DNA of 64,000 nucleotides from Dehalococcoidia bacterium (GCA_965221385.1 OZ244885.1:2709314-2773313); one strand, 5' to 3'. Counted from the first letter of the stretch, positions 37,498 to 47,407 are shown. The notes: a model not told the origin generated them from the sequence alone. Numbers and translations: made by a program.

Positions 37498-38793
37498 CTA
37501 AAGGATGTTCCACCGTGGATTCCCGGCGGCGGCGGACTCCAGGTAGTCAACGAGCCACTCCCTGACCGAGGGGTCAATGTAGAAGGTGGGGCGAATCAAC
37601 TCGCTCTCATCGGCTACCAACCCTTCTTCCACCGCCAGTTGGGCTTCCCTGGTGCCGGGCATGATGCTGACACCCACCCGCAGGTTGGCCATGGATGGAT
37701 TGATGCCGTTCAGGAAGGCAATCTTTTCCTCCACCGATTCCCGGGTTTCACCGGGCTCGCCGAAACGCTGGGCAATGGTGTAGTTGAGGCCGCCTTCCTC
37801 ACAGACCCGGCATGTCTCCAGCAGGGCGGCCCTTCGCTCAAGTCGGGTATCGCCGTCGTGGCTGTCCCCACCGCCGTTGCCCATCATTACCAGTACACAG
37901 CCGGCCCGCTTCATCAGCGAGACCAGCTCCGAATCGCAACTGTAAGGGGCCATGCCGGTGGTCCAGTGAACCCCGACTTGGGCGTCAACCAAAGAGCGGC
38001 ACAATTCCTTGGCGTGGGCCAGCGGGACGTTGAAGCCGTTGTCGATGAAGTGGACTTTGCGCAGGTTGAACCGGGCCTCCATTTCCTTGACTTCCTGCAC
38101 CACCTCCTCAATGGGGCGAATGACCCGCCAGGCGCTACGGTCCGCCGGTTCGGAGGAAGCGGAAGTGGGGTAGTTGAAGTCCCCCAGCTTGGTGATTATG
38201 CCGATTCCAAATCCGGCCAGCCGGTACTTCTCCATATCCAATTCGTCGAACCGGGGCGGTTTGGAGAACTCCGACCGGCAACGGGCGCCGTTGAAGTGGA
38301 TTCCTGCCTCGTCCCGGTACACCAGGCCGGGCAGGTTAAGCCAGGATGGCTCCCCAATTTCAACGCGGGCGGCCAATTCAGCGAAGGTTTCACCGGCGTC
38401 TCCGGCTAGACCCAGGTCCGGCTCCAGGTAGGCAAAGCACTCCTCGGGTAGAAGGCTGAAGGCGGGCCCGCCGCATACGATGGGAGCTGTGGAAAGTTCC
38501 CGCACCCGGTCTATGACCTCCCTGGTTATGGGCAGGGCCCATTGGGGGTCCATGTAGCTGTGGTTGCTCAGGTTGCGGAGGGAGATACCCACCAGTTCGG
38601 GGCGAAAGTCCAGTACGGCTGACTCCACGTCGGCCAGGTAATCGTCGGAAAACATCAGGTCCAGCACCTTCAATTGGTGCCGTTGCGGGTCCAGATGGCC
38701 AGCCACATAGGCCAGGCCGATGGGCAGGGGCTGGGCATTCATGCGGCTCACCAGGCGCCCGTGCCGGTTGGTGGCGATCAACAATATTCTCAA
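37498..38793 (-). CDS. B12-binding-domain/radical-SAM-like protein lacking the CxxxCxxC cluster motif (probable pseudoenzyme or repurposed fold)
   Basis: Start TTG 38793 after AGGAGG (MRILLIATN). The N-terminal B12-type domain pattern is present. At the position where the paralog has RGCTENCTYC, this protein has KLGDFNYPTSA (38158-38184). No CxxxCxxC occurs anywhere in the ORF. Confidence 0.7.
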   Translation of the reverse strand: MRILLIATNRHGRLVSRMNAQPLPIGLAYVAGHLDPQRHQLKVLDLMFSDDYLADVESAVLDFRPELVGISLRNLSNHSYMDPQWALPITREVIDRVRELSTAPIVCGGPAFSLLPEECFAYLEPDLGLAGDAGETFAELAARVEIGEPSWLNLPGLVYRDEAGIHFNGARCRSEFSKPPRFDELDMEKYRLAGFGIGIITKLGDFNYPTSASSEPADRSAWRVIRPIEEVVQEVKEMEARFNLRKVHFIDNGFNVPLAHAKELCRSLVDAQVGVHWTTGMAPYSCDSELVSLMKRAGCVLVMMGNGGGDSHDGDTRLERRAALLETCRVCEEGGLNYTIAQRFGEPGETRESVEEKIAFLNGINPSMANLRVGVSIMPGTREAQLAVEEGLVADESELIRPTFYIDPSVREWLVDYLESAAAGNPRWNIL

Positions 38794-39064
38794 GGCAGGA
38801 CCTCCTGACCTCCGACTATAACCGATGGTTGCGTTGAACGCGCCAAGCGGTTCCGTCTGTCCGATGGGCCAATACCGACCTGGTGTTGCGGGGCAGTTCA
38901 AACCCAATATACGTTATCTGTACCGTAAGGGCAATTGGCGGCTGGCGTCGGCCATACATGGTTGATAGCTGCGTGTCCCCAATGGCAGAAAACGGGTGAA
39001 ACTTGAGGCATGGGATGACGGGAAATGCCAGTTTCGCCCAATTCGCACACTGGTCCGTACCAAA

Positions 39065-39093
39065 TTGACAGGCCGTTACCCTTGTGCTACGTT
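39065..39093 (+). promoter_or_regulatory. Promoter candidate (TTGACA-N17-TGcTACGTT)
   Basis: Consensus -35, TGn-extended weak -10, about 100 nt upstream of ATG 39192. Confidence 0.3.
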
Positions 39094-39191
39094 TGCCAGA
39101 ATATTGGAGATAGCCGGAAACCCTACCAGTGCGACTCCTCCTCTCCATCCAATCGGCGCCAGGTTAACCATAATCGGGGGATTACACAGCG

Positions 39192-40187
39192 ATGCGCAGT
39201 ATCGACATTCATGCCCACCTTACTCCCCAATGCTTTTGGAAGGCCACGGAAAACGGCGGCAACTGGCACACCCTCCGCCGGGTAAAGGACGCCCGGGGAC
39301 GCCAGATTGCCGTTGTCGGCGACCGACGCGGAGGTCTTCCGCCCAAGGCCCGTTGGACTCCGGAGGAACGGATGGCGGACATGGATTCGCTGGGTGTTGA
39401 CATGCACGTCCTGTCCCCCTTCTCCGGCTTCTACAACTACGGCCTGGACGCCTCGGTTGCTATTGCCACGTCCCGTGATTCCAACAACGAAATAGCGGAA
39501 ATGGTGCGGGCCTGGCCCGACCGTTTCGCGGGCCTGGGCACCCTCCCCATGCAGGATGTGAACGCGGCCATCGCAGAGTTGGAGCGCATAATGACAACCA
39601 TGGGCTTCAAGGGGGCCATGATTGACGACAAGGTGAACGAGAAGCTGCTGGACGAGCCTGAGTTCCTGCCCTTTTGGAAGGCCGCCGAGCAGATGGGAGC
39701 GCTGATCCTGTTCCACCAGGGCGATGGCACCCTGGTGGATTTCCGAACGGACCGGTTCCACCTGCCCAACTCCATCGGTAACCTGGCGGACCGCACCATA
39801 ACCTTCTGCTCCCTGGTTATGGGCGGTGTTATGGACGCCTGTCCCGACCTGAAGATTTGCCTGTCTCATGGTGGAGGCTATACCTGCTACAACATCGGCC
39901 GCATCGATCGGGGTTGGCAGGGTTTGCCGGAGTCGCCCACCAAGCCAACGCTGCCGCCGAGCGAATACCTGCGCCGCTTCCACTACGATTGCATCGTCTA
40001 TACCGAGGAGTCCCTCCGCTTCCTGATTGATACGGTGGGCGCCGACCGGGTGCTGTTTGGCACCGACTGGCCCTACGACATGGAGTTCGACTGGCCCGTT
40101 TCCTGGATTCTTGGCTTGAATAACATAACCCAGGAAGAGAAAGAACTAATACTCTGGAAGAACCTGGAGAGCCTGCTGGGACTGTAG
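39192..40187 (+). CDS. Amidohydrolase_2 / ACMSD-like metal-dependent decarboxylase/hydrolase (paralog 1)
   Basis: MRSIDIHAHLTP, ICLSHGGG and FGTDWPYD motifs of the ACMSD-related family. Confidence 0.82.
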   Translation: MRSIDIHAHLTPQCFWKATENGGNWHTLRRVKDARGRQIAVVGDRRGGLPPKARWTPEERMADMDSLGVDMHVLSPFSGFYNYGLDASVAIATSRDSNNEIAEMVRAWPDRFAGLGTLPMQDVNAAIAELERIMTTMGFKGAMIDDKVNEKLLDEPEFLPFWKAAEQMGALILFHQGDGTLVDFRTDRFHLPNSIGNLADRTITFCSLVMGGVMDACPDLKICLSHGGGYTCYNIGRIDRGWQGLPESPTKPTLPPSEYLRRFHYDCIVYTEESLRFLIDTVGADRVLFGTDWPYDMEFDWPVSWILGLNNITQEEKELILWKNLESLLGL

Positions 40188-40250
40188 TGAATCCGGCGCT
40201 GGGCGCCCCATTGGCCTTGCTTCCACCCAATTCCCGACGGAGGTTGACGG

Positions 40251-41261
40251 ATGCGCAGTATCGACATCCACGCCCACACCTTTACGCCTACCATGTTGAA
40301 GACCATGGCCGCGGGCCAGGAATGGTACGGCATGAAATACACGGACGCCGACCAGCGTACCATCTTCGTTCGCGATGGCAAGCTGGTGGCGGTGAACCCC
40401 AAGTGCCGGTACACCCCGGAGGAACGGGTGGCGGACATGGACCAGCTGGGTACCGAGGTTCAGGTGGTGGCCATTCATACCCCCGTCTTCGGCTACCATC
40501 TCTCTCCCGCCGACGGCGTGGCCCAGGCGCGGGAGGTTAACGACGACATTGCCGGCTTCGTGCGGGAGGCGCCAACCAGGTTCGCCGGAATGGCAACCCT
40601 GCCCATGCAGGACGTGAACGCCGCCATCGCCGAACTGGACCGGGCCGTCAACACCCTGGGATTGAAGGGCGCGGAACTGGACACAGTGGTGAACGGCAAG
40701 ACCTGGGACGAGCCGGAGTTTCTCCCCTTCTTCAAGGCCGCGGAGTCCATGGGCGCCACCCTGTTCTACCATCCCCAGCCCCAGCATAATCTGATGCTGG
40801 AGCGTACCAACAAGTACGGGCTGAACAACTCCGTGGGCGTGCCGGTGGAGGATACACTCCTGGTGGCGGCCCTGATCTACGGCGGGGTGATGGAAAACTG
40901 CCCCGACCTGAAGGTGTGCGTAGCCCATGGTGGCGGTCCCGCCTGCTTCGGCATGGGCCGCATGGACCGGGGTTGGCAGGTAAGGTCCGAGGCGCGGGTT
41001 AACATAACCCGCCCTCCCAGCTACTACCAGAGCCGCCTCTACTACGACATCGTGGTTATGAGCGAGCGGTCTCTGCGGTTCCTGATCGACCAGGTGGGCA
41101 TCGAGAGGGTGGTTCTGGGCAGCGACTATCCCTTTGTCGGCTGGGATCCCTCTCCAACGGGTTGGCTCCAGAGTCTGGAGAGCATCACCCAGGAAGAAAA
41201 GGACATGATACTGTGGAAGAACCTGGAAAAGCTACTGGGCATCGAAACCAGCGGAACTTAG
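40251..41261 (+). CDS. Amidohydrolase_2 / ACMSD-like metal-dependent decarboxylase/hydrolase (paralog 2)
   Basis: MRSIDIHAHTFTP, VCVAHGGG and LGSDYPF. The first 18 nt are identical to paralog 1. Confidence 0.82.
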   Translation: MRSIDIHAHTFTPTMLKTMAAGQEWYGMKYTDADQRTIFVRDGKLVAVNPKCRYTPEERVADMDQLGTEVQVVAIHTPVFGYHLSPADGVAQAREVNDDIAGFVREAPTRFAGMATLPMQDVNAAIAELDRAVNTLGLKGAELDTVVNGKTWDEPEFLPFFKAAESMGATLFYHPQPQHNLMLERTNKYGLNNSVGVPVEDTLLVAALIYGGVMENCPDLKVCVAHGGGPACFGMGRMDRGWQVRSEARVNITRPPSYYQSRLYYDIVVMSERSLRFLIDQVGIERVVLGSDYPFVGWDPSPTGWLQSLESITQEEKDMILWKNLEKLLGIETSGT

Positions 41262-41338
41262 TACGCCATCAAACCTGCATTTGGCAGGTTTGATGGCGCC
41301 TTTCTCATTGAACCGGTTGGCAGGTTGGGGAACTTAAC

Positions 41339-43393
41339 ATGAACAATCTCTGGTCGGATAGCGAAGTCCAGTCCCTCGATGAACTGGACAAACTGGTCTA
41401 TATGAGCCGCCTCATCGGGGCCGACCCGTCTCTGGTGGTTTGGGGTGGCGGCAACACCTCCATAAAGATCACGGAGCAGGATTTCCTGGGCCGGGACGTC
41501 CAGGTCATGCGTATCAAGGGCTCCGGGTCGGACCTGAAGTCCATGGAACGCTGGCAGTTCCCCCGGTTGGAACTGGAGAAGGTGTTGCCGGTCTTTGAGC
41601 GGGAGCAAATGTCCGACGAGGAAATGGTGGACTACCTGGACCGATGCGTTCTCGACCCCAACTCGCCCCGCCCTTCCATCGAAACTCTGCTCCATGCCTT
41701 CCTGCCGTTTCACAGTGTGGCCCACTCCCACGCCGATGCAGTGGTTGGCCTGACCAACAACCGGGACGCGGACGCCATCCTACGGCGGGTTTACGGCGAC
41801 AATGTGGGAATCGTGGAGTACCTGCGACCTGGATTCCAACTCTCCAAGCTGGTGGGAATGGCCGTCAAGGAAGCGCCCGGCCTCGACGGGGTGGTGCTGG
41901 TTAACCATGGTCTGTTCACCTGGGGCAACGACGCCAAGGAGGCTTATGACCGGCACATAGACCTGGTTAGTAAGGCGGAAGAATTCGCCGCCGCCGGCAC
42001 GGGTCGCGGGTTTGGTGGCTGGCAGCGCAATCCCTTGGCCGCGGACCGGCGTAGGGAAATCGCCGCGGCCGTGGCCCCAACCCTGCGGGGGCTGGTCAGT
42101 CAGCAGCGCCGGTCCGTGCTCCGGTTCGACGATGCCGAGGACGTGCTGGAATTCACCGGGTCTGAGGAGGGCCAGCGACTGAGCGCCATCGGCCCGGCCA
42201 CGCCGGACCATCTGATTCACACCAAGCGCCGGCCCCTGTGGCTGGCAGTGGACGATCCGGAGGATGTGGATGGGGTTAAGGCAGAACTGCGCCGGGGCAT
42301 GGCGGCCTATGCCGAAGAGTATGCCTCCTGGTACCAGCAGCACACCACCGGCGAAGACTCCATGCTGGACCCCTACCCCCGCGTAATCCTGCTGCCCGGC
42401 GTGGGCATGTGGACCACCGGTCGCGACGCGCGGGCCTCGCTGATCACTAACGACATCTATCACCACACGATTAACGTTCTGCGCACTGCCCAGGCCGTCA
42501 GCGACTACACCTCCCTCACTCCGAAGGACGCCTACGATGCCGAATACTGGCCCCTGGAGCTTTACAAGCTGACCCTGGCCCCGCCGGAGAAGGAACTGGC
42601 CCGCCGAGTTGCTCTGGTTACCGGGGCCGCCAGTGGCATTGGCAAGGTTATCGCCGAGACGCTGGCCAACCAGGGAGCCCACGTTATCGTCACCGACCGG
42701 GACGCGGAGGGGGCGCAGGATGTGGCCGCCGGCATCAACCGCGCCGCTGGGCCCGAGCGGGCCGCCGCCTTTCCTATGGACGTGGCGAACCCGGATCACG
42801 TGGGCCGGGTGTTCCAGTCCCTGCGCCAAACCTATGGCGGGCTGGACATCCTGGTTTCCAACGCGGGTATTGCCCCGGTGGGCGCCATCGACCAGCTTTC
42901 CCTGGAGGAGTGGCAGCGGTCCCTGGACATCAATACCACCGGCCACTTCCTGGTTTCCGCCGAAGCCGTGAAGCTGATGAAGGAACAGGGAATCGGAGGC
43001 AGCCTGGTTTTCATCGGCACCAAGAACGTGCCGGCGCCGGGGGCCGAGTTTGGCGCCTACAGTGTGTCCAAGGCCGCCGAGGTCCAGTTGGCGCGGGTCC
43101 TGGCCCTGGAGAACGGGCAGCACGGTATTCGGGTGAATGTGGTCAATCCCGATGCCATCTTTCAGGGTTCCCAACTATGGTCCCAGGAGTTGCGGGAGGA
43201 ACGCGCCGCCGCCCACGGGGTTACCGTGGATGGACTGGAGGACTTCTACCGCCAGCGAAACCTGCTCAAAGCCCGGGTCTTGGCGGAGGACGTGGCGGAG
43301 ACGGTTTTGTTCCTGGCCTCAGACCGCTCGGCCAAGACCACCGGCGCCATGATTCCGGTGGATGGCGGCGTGCGGGAGGCTTTTCCCCGATAG
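41339..43393 (+). CDS. Bifunctional class II aldolase/adducin-domain + short-chain dehydrogenase (rhamnulose-1-P aldolase/alcohol dehydrogenase-like)
   Basis: N-terminal aldolase-type domain (GGGNTS...KGSG...HAD). C-terminal SDR domain (VTGAASGIGK, NAG, YSVSKAA). Confidence 0.85.
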   Translation: MNNLWSDSEVQSLDELDKLVYMSRLIGADPSLVVWGGGNTSIKITEQDFLGRDVQVMRIKGSGSDLKSMERWQFPRLELEKVLPVFEREQMSDEEMVDYLDRCVLDPNSPRPSIETLLHAFLPFHSVAHSHADAVVGLTNNRDADAILRRVYGDNVGIVEYLRPGFQLSKLVGMAVKEAPGLDGVVLVNHGLFTWGNDAKEAYDRHIDLVSKAEEFAAAGTGRGFGGWQRNPLAADRRREIAAAVAPTLRGLVSQQRRSVLRFDDAEDVLEFTGSEEGQRLSAIGPATPDHLIHTKRRPLWLAVDDPEDVDGVKAELRRGMAAYAEEYASWYQQHTTGEDSMLDPYPRVILLPGVGMWTTGRDARASLITNDIYHHTINVLRTAQAVSDYTSLTPKDAYDAEYWPLELYKLTLAPPEKELARRVALVTGAASGIGKVIAETLANQGAHVIVTDRDAEGAQDVAAGINRAAGPERAAAFPMDVANPDHVGRVFQSLRQTYGGLDILVSNAGIAPVGAIDQLSLEEWQRSLDINTTGHFLVSAEAVKLMKEQGIGGSLVFIGTKNVPAPGAEFGAYSVSKAAEVQLARVLALENGQHGIRVNVVNPDAIFQGSQLWSQELREERAAAHGVTVDGLEDFYRQRNLLKARVLAEDVAETVLFLASDRSAKTTGAMIPVDGGVREAFPR

Positions 43394-43446
43394 CCAATGT
43401 TCGTAGCCCGTTAAGACGGACGGAAAGAACCGTTCGTAAAGCAAGA

Positions 43447-43482
43447 AAGGGGCGCCTAACTTGGGCGCCCCTTCAGGTTTTC
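43447..43482. terminator. Intrinsic terminator hairpin between convergent genes
   Basis: AAGGGGCGCC-TAACTTG-GGCGCCCCTT followed by CAGGTTTTC. The opposite strand also has a T-rich trail. Confidence 0.7.
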
Positions 43483-43497
43483 AATGAACCTGGCAGC

Positions 43498-44373
43498 TCA
43501 CCGTTTCACGTACTTATCGACGCTCATGGCGCCGGTCAGGGCCAGGTAAACGTTGTCTTGGCTGTCAACCCACAGGCCGTGGGCCGAACGAGAATCCCAC
43601 CGGGCTTGGGTTCGACCGTCCTTATCCCGGATGCTCACCCCCGGTGTCGAGCCCTCCAGGGAAGACTCGGCGATGTAAAAGCTGCGGTCCCTGGCCTGAG
43701 AAATGTCGTTGGGGCGGGTCATATCGGTCCACATTTGCAGGAACTCCCCCTCGCCGGTGAAGACCTGCACCCGGCTGTTCTCCCGGTCGCAGACGTAGAT
43801 CAGCCCCTCCTCGTCAATCAACAGGCTGTGGGGGAGATGAAACTCTCCGGGCCCGCCATTACCGGGCTGTCCCCACGATGCAATCAGGCGGCCATCGCCG
43901 CTGAACCGGTGCACCCGGCTGTTGCGGTAGCCGTCGGAAACGTACAGGTCACCGGAGGGAGAGGGATACATTTCCGACGGAAAATTGAAGGGACCGGCCG
44001 CCCTCGGTACCAGCGCCCCCGCTTCCTCGCAGCCCGTGTCAGAGTGAACGCCCCGCTCCCCGATTACCATCAGCGGCTTTCCGTCCAGGGTGTACTTGAG
44101 GCATACGGAATCTTCCCGGTCGGTGAGGTACACGATGTCGTCAACGATGCAAAAGCCGTGGGGCAAGGTGAAGGCGCCGATTCCCCAGGAGTGGAGGTAA
44201 TTGCCCTCGTTGTCGAAGACCACGATGGGCGGGTCCTTGCGCTGGTACACATACACCCGATCCTGGGAATCCGTGGCGACCGAGCTCACCACGCCGAAGG
44301 TCCAGCCCTCGGGCAGGCGGGCCCAGTCCTGGATGAGTTCGTAATCGTGCTTGTCGGTGCTGATGGTGGTCAT
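43498..44373 (-). CDS. NHL-repeat six-bladed beta-propeller, peptidyl-alpha-hydroxyglycine lyase-like (paralog A)
   Basis: Start ATG 44373 after AAGGAGG. Repeated blades of the pattern D..G.vYV.DR.N.RvqvF, such as LYVSDGYRNSRVHRF and IYVCDRENSRVQVF. Confidence 0.8.
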   Translation of the reverse strand: MTTISTDKHDYELIQDWARLPEGWTFGVVSSVATDSQDRVYVYQRKDPPIVVFDNEGNYLHSWGIGAFTLPHGFCIVDDIVYLTDREDSVCLKYTLDGKPLMVIGERGVHSDTGCEEAGALVPRAAGPFNFPSEMYPSPSGDLYVSDGYRNSRVHRFSGDGRLIASWGQPGNGGPGEFHLPHSLLIDEEGLIYVCDRENSRVQVFTGEGEFLQMWTDMTRPNDISQARDRSFYIAESSLEGSTPGVSIRDKDGRTQARWDSRSAHGLWVDSQDNVYLALTGAMSVDKYVKR

Positions 44374-44473
44374 AATCGCAAACCTCCTTGATGTGCCCGG
44401 CCGGGCACAAGTGCGATTTTGGCGAGGCAGAGGCAATCTTGCCCCATATACTAGGGAAGGCCTCTTTCCGCCA

Positions 44474-45355
44474 CTACCTCTGGCGCACCCACTTGTCCAC
44501 ACTGTGATTGGTGGTGAGGCCCAGGTAGATGTCCCCTTTGGAGTCAACCCAAAGGCCATGGGCGTGGCGGATTTCCCACCGGGTTATCAGGGTGCCGTCG
44601 GGTTCCCAAATGCTGACGTGGGGCGGCCCGCCGTCCACCTCCTGCTCGGCGATGTAGAAAATACCGTCCGCGTCCCGGGAGATGTCGTCGGGGCCGCCCA
44701 TGCCGCTGGTCCACTCCGTGAGGTACTCGCCGTCTGGAGAGAACACCTGAACCCGGCGATTGGCCCGGTCGCAGATGTACACCTTGCCGTCCGGGTCCAC
44801 CAGGCAGCTGTGGGGCAGGTGGAAATGGCCCGGCTCAGTCTTGCCCGGCTGCCCCCAGGAGGAAATGAGCTGGCCGTCTGCAGTGAAGCGGTGAACCCGG
44901 GCGTTGCGGTAGCCGTCGGAGATGTAGATGTCGCCCGATGGGCTGGGCGCCATTTCCGTGGGGTAGTTGAAGGGGCCGGCTGCCCGAGGCACCAGATCCC
45001 CCGGTCGTTCACACCCGGTATCGGAGAATACTCCCCGCTCCCCAATCACCTGCAGGGGCTTGCCGTCCAGGGTGAACTTGACCGCCACCTGGTCGGAGCG
45101 GTCGGTAATGTAAACAATGTCGTTAACTATGTTGATGCCGTGGGGGTCGGCAATGGCGCCGATTCCCCAGCAGTTCAGGTAGTTGCCATCGGAATCGAAG
45201 ACCATGACCGGCGGGTCCTGGCGCTGAAACACGTAAACCCGGTCCTGGGAATCGGTTGCCACGGCGCTGACGACGCCCAGGGATTCCCCTTCAGGCAGCT
45301 TGGGCCAGTCCTGGATGAGTTGGTAGGTATATTTGCCGGAGCCGGCGGTGGTCAT
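44474..45355 (-). CDS. NHL-repeat six-bladed beta-propeller (paralog B)
   Basis: Start ATG 45355 (MTTAGSGKYTYQLIQDW). Collinear with paralog A, with more than half of positions identical by eye. Confidence 0.8.
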   Translation of the reverse strand: MTTAGSGKYTYQLIQDWPKLPEGESLGVVSAVATDSQDRVYVFQRQDPPVMVFDSDGNYLNCWGIGAIADPHGINIVNDIVYITDRSDQVAVKFTLDGKPLQVIGERGVFSDTGCERPGDLVPRAAGPFNYPTEMAPSPSGDIYISDGYRNARVHRFTADGQLISSWGQPGKTEPGHFHLPHSCLVDPDGKVYICDRANRRVQVFSPDGEYLTEWTSGMGGPDDISRDADGIFYIAEQEVDGGPPHVSIWEPDGTLITRWEIRHAHGLWVDSKGDIYLGLTTNHSVDKWVRQR

Positions 45356-45497
45356 ATCGCTGTTACCCCCTTCGCTTTGGTGTTGGCTATTGGGCTGCAC
45401 GTTCTGGCGGAAGTGTAAGTGGGGCCAGATATGGTGTCAAACGGCAATGAACATGGGAACAGCCAATGGTCGGGCGCCTTTGGCCGACGGGTGGGCA

Positions 45498-46373
45498 TTA
45501 TTCCAGGAATCCGGACAGAATGCCCTGTCGAATGGTTTCTGCCACCAGGTCGGGGCGCTGCACCGGAACGTCGTGGATGCTGTCCTCCAGCCAAACCACC
45601 TGCACCCGGGGCAGCAACCGATGGGCCTTGGCCACCGATTCCTGGCGACGGAAGGTGCGCTCGGACACTGAGTCGTCGTTGGCCATGCGAGCCGGCATCA
45701 TCAGCACGGGACAGGGTACCTGGGGATACAGTTGGGTGGGGTAGTGTTCCCAGAGGGCGTCAATGATGCGGAGATGGTTCTCCCGACTGAGGCGGGTGCG
45801 GACGGTGCCGTCCTCAAGTATTTCGAAGTTGGAAAACAGTATCTGGTCGAATTCCGGAGGCAGGGGGAAGGGGCGAACCCGGTTGTGGAACCGTTCCCGC
45901 AACGCCTGGGAGGTCATCCCGGCAAATTGAGGCGGCGCCATCTCCTCCCGCGCCTTTTCCCTGGTCATGCCGGGGCGGGAGGACGGTTCGATCATGCCAC
46001 CGTCCACGAAGCAGATACCGGCAGCCATCTCCGGGTGGGCTACGGCAAACTCCAGCGCAACGTCCGCCCCCCAGGAATGCCCCACAATGATTGGCCGGTC
46101 CAGGTTACGCGCCCGGATCACACCCAGCAGGTCGCGGCCTACGGAATCAAAATCGTAGCCCGATTCGGGTTTGTCGCTGAGGCCGTGGCCCCGCTGGTCA
46201 ACGGCTATGACGGAAAAATCCTCCGCCAACTGGGGCGCCACCAAATCCCAGATGTGGCAGGAGGAGGCCAAACCATGCAACAGGACCACCTGTTTTCCGT
46301 CTCCGCCCCAGTCACGATAATGCAGATTGATGCCGTTGGTGGCCACGTAACCGTCTATCGCCGCTTGAACCAT
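45498..46373 (-). CDS. Alpha/beta hydrolase
   Basis: VVLLHGLASS and VGHSWGADVAL nucleophile elbow. Confidence 0.82.
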   Translation of the reverse strand: MVQAAIDGYVATNGINLHYRDWGGDGKQVVLLHGLASSCHIWDLVAPQLAEDFSVIAVDQRGHGLSDKPESGYDFDSVGRDLLGVIRARNLDRPIIVGHSWGADVALEFAVAHPEMAAGICFVDGGMIEPSSRPGMTREKAREEMAPPQFAGMTSQALRERFHNRVRPFPLPPEFDQILFSNFEILEDGTVRTRLSRENHLRIIDALWEHYPTQLYPQVPCPVLMMPARMANDDSVSERTFRRQESVAKAHRLLPRVQVVWLEDSIHDVPVQRPDLVAETIRQGILSGFLE

Positions 46374-46596
46374 CCTGCCTCCTGGGATTGACGCTGGCTA
46401 TTGTCGTCGCCACTGCCAAACTGCATTAATGCCCGTTCCTGGTCAGAAGGATGTTACCCCGGCAAAGGGTTATTGACAACCGAAACCCGGCCCTGGGCGC
46501 CAGGTTGCGCCGGTAATGCTCAAGTGGACAAGAAACCACGCCTCCATTAGGATAAGTCGATAAATCTGACTCAGGGCGGAACAGCGAGGGTGCATC

Positions 46597-47331
46597 ATGG
46601 CGGAAGTGGGGCAACAGTCCGGGGGTGGTGATCGCTCCGGGGCTTACCTGAGGGTGGAAGTGAAGGAAGTGCGCTCCATCCCCTTGCCCGATGGAGATGT
46701 GGGTGAGGGTATTGCCGTGGTCACCGAGCGGGGCGAAATTCCTGGAGCGCTGCACACCGCGCCCGGAACTCGAAAAGGAATAATCTGGGTTTGCGGGGCC
46801 AGGGGTGGGTTCACCGGGCCTGGCCCCGGACTGTACGCCCAACTGGCCCAGGAATTAACTTCCCGGGGAATAACCTCTCTTCGCCTGGATTACCGGCTGC
46901 CCAACGTGCTGCCCGAGTGTGCCATGGACGTGATGGCCGGCGTCACCTGCCTGGAGGAAATGGGCCTGGAAAGGATGGTTGCGGTGGGCCATTCCTTTGG
47001 GGGTGCGGTGGTAATTGCCGCCGGTGCCGTTTGCCGGGGCATAGCCGGTGTGGTGTCCCTTTCGCCCCAAACCTACGGCGCCAACATGGCCGGGCTGGTT
47101 GCCCCCCGTCCCTTGCTGGTAGTTCATGGCAAGGCGGATACCCGGCTGCCCTACTCCTGTGGGATGCAGGTTTACCAGTGGGCCAACGAACCCAAACGCC
47201 TGGTCTTGTACGAGGGCGCCGAGCACCGGCTGCAGGAATGCCGGGATGAGTTGGCCACCCTGTTGACGGAGTGGATACCCGCCACGCTGAACGGGAATGA
47301 GGATGAGGGAGCCAATGGTGGCGATCCATGA
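46597..47331 (+). CDS. Alpha/beta hydrolase (dienelactone-hydrolase-like)
   Basis: VAVGHSFGGAVVI elbow and a C-terminal LVVHGKADTRLP...EGAEH catalytic His region. Confidence 0.7.
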   Translation: MAEVGQQSGGGDRSGAYLRVEVKEVRSIPLPDGDVGEGIAVVTERGEIPGALHTAPGTRKGIIWVCGARGGFTGPGPGLYAQLAQELTSRGITSLRLDYRLPNVLPECAMDVMAGVTCLEEMGLERMVAVGHSFGGAVVIAAGAVCRGIAGVVSLSPQTYGANMAGLVAPRPLLVVHGKADTRLPYSCGMQVYQWANEPKRLVLYEGAEHRLQECRDELATLLTEWIPATLNGNEDEGANGGDP

Positions 47332-47407
47332 CCGCTTGTCCCACTAGGTAATGGCTCTGGCGTTGCCAGACAACCCCAACTGGGACTCTCGCTGAAAGGA
47401 TGAAGAA

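Noticed and set aside
42910-45418. Long antisense ORFs of 355-498 aa (42910-44391 + and 44351-45418 +). Similar ones occur elsewhere: 717-1898 -, 4883-6379 +, 13320-14453 -, 14799-15758 -, 39123-39983 -, 40146-40928 -, 41780-43174 - and 51054-52064 +.
   Set aside because: These are typical shadow ORFs of GC-rich DNA. Each lies opposite a gene with clear family motifs, has Arg/Gly/Pro/Ala-rich composition and carries no recognisable motifs.
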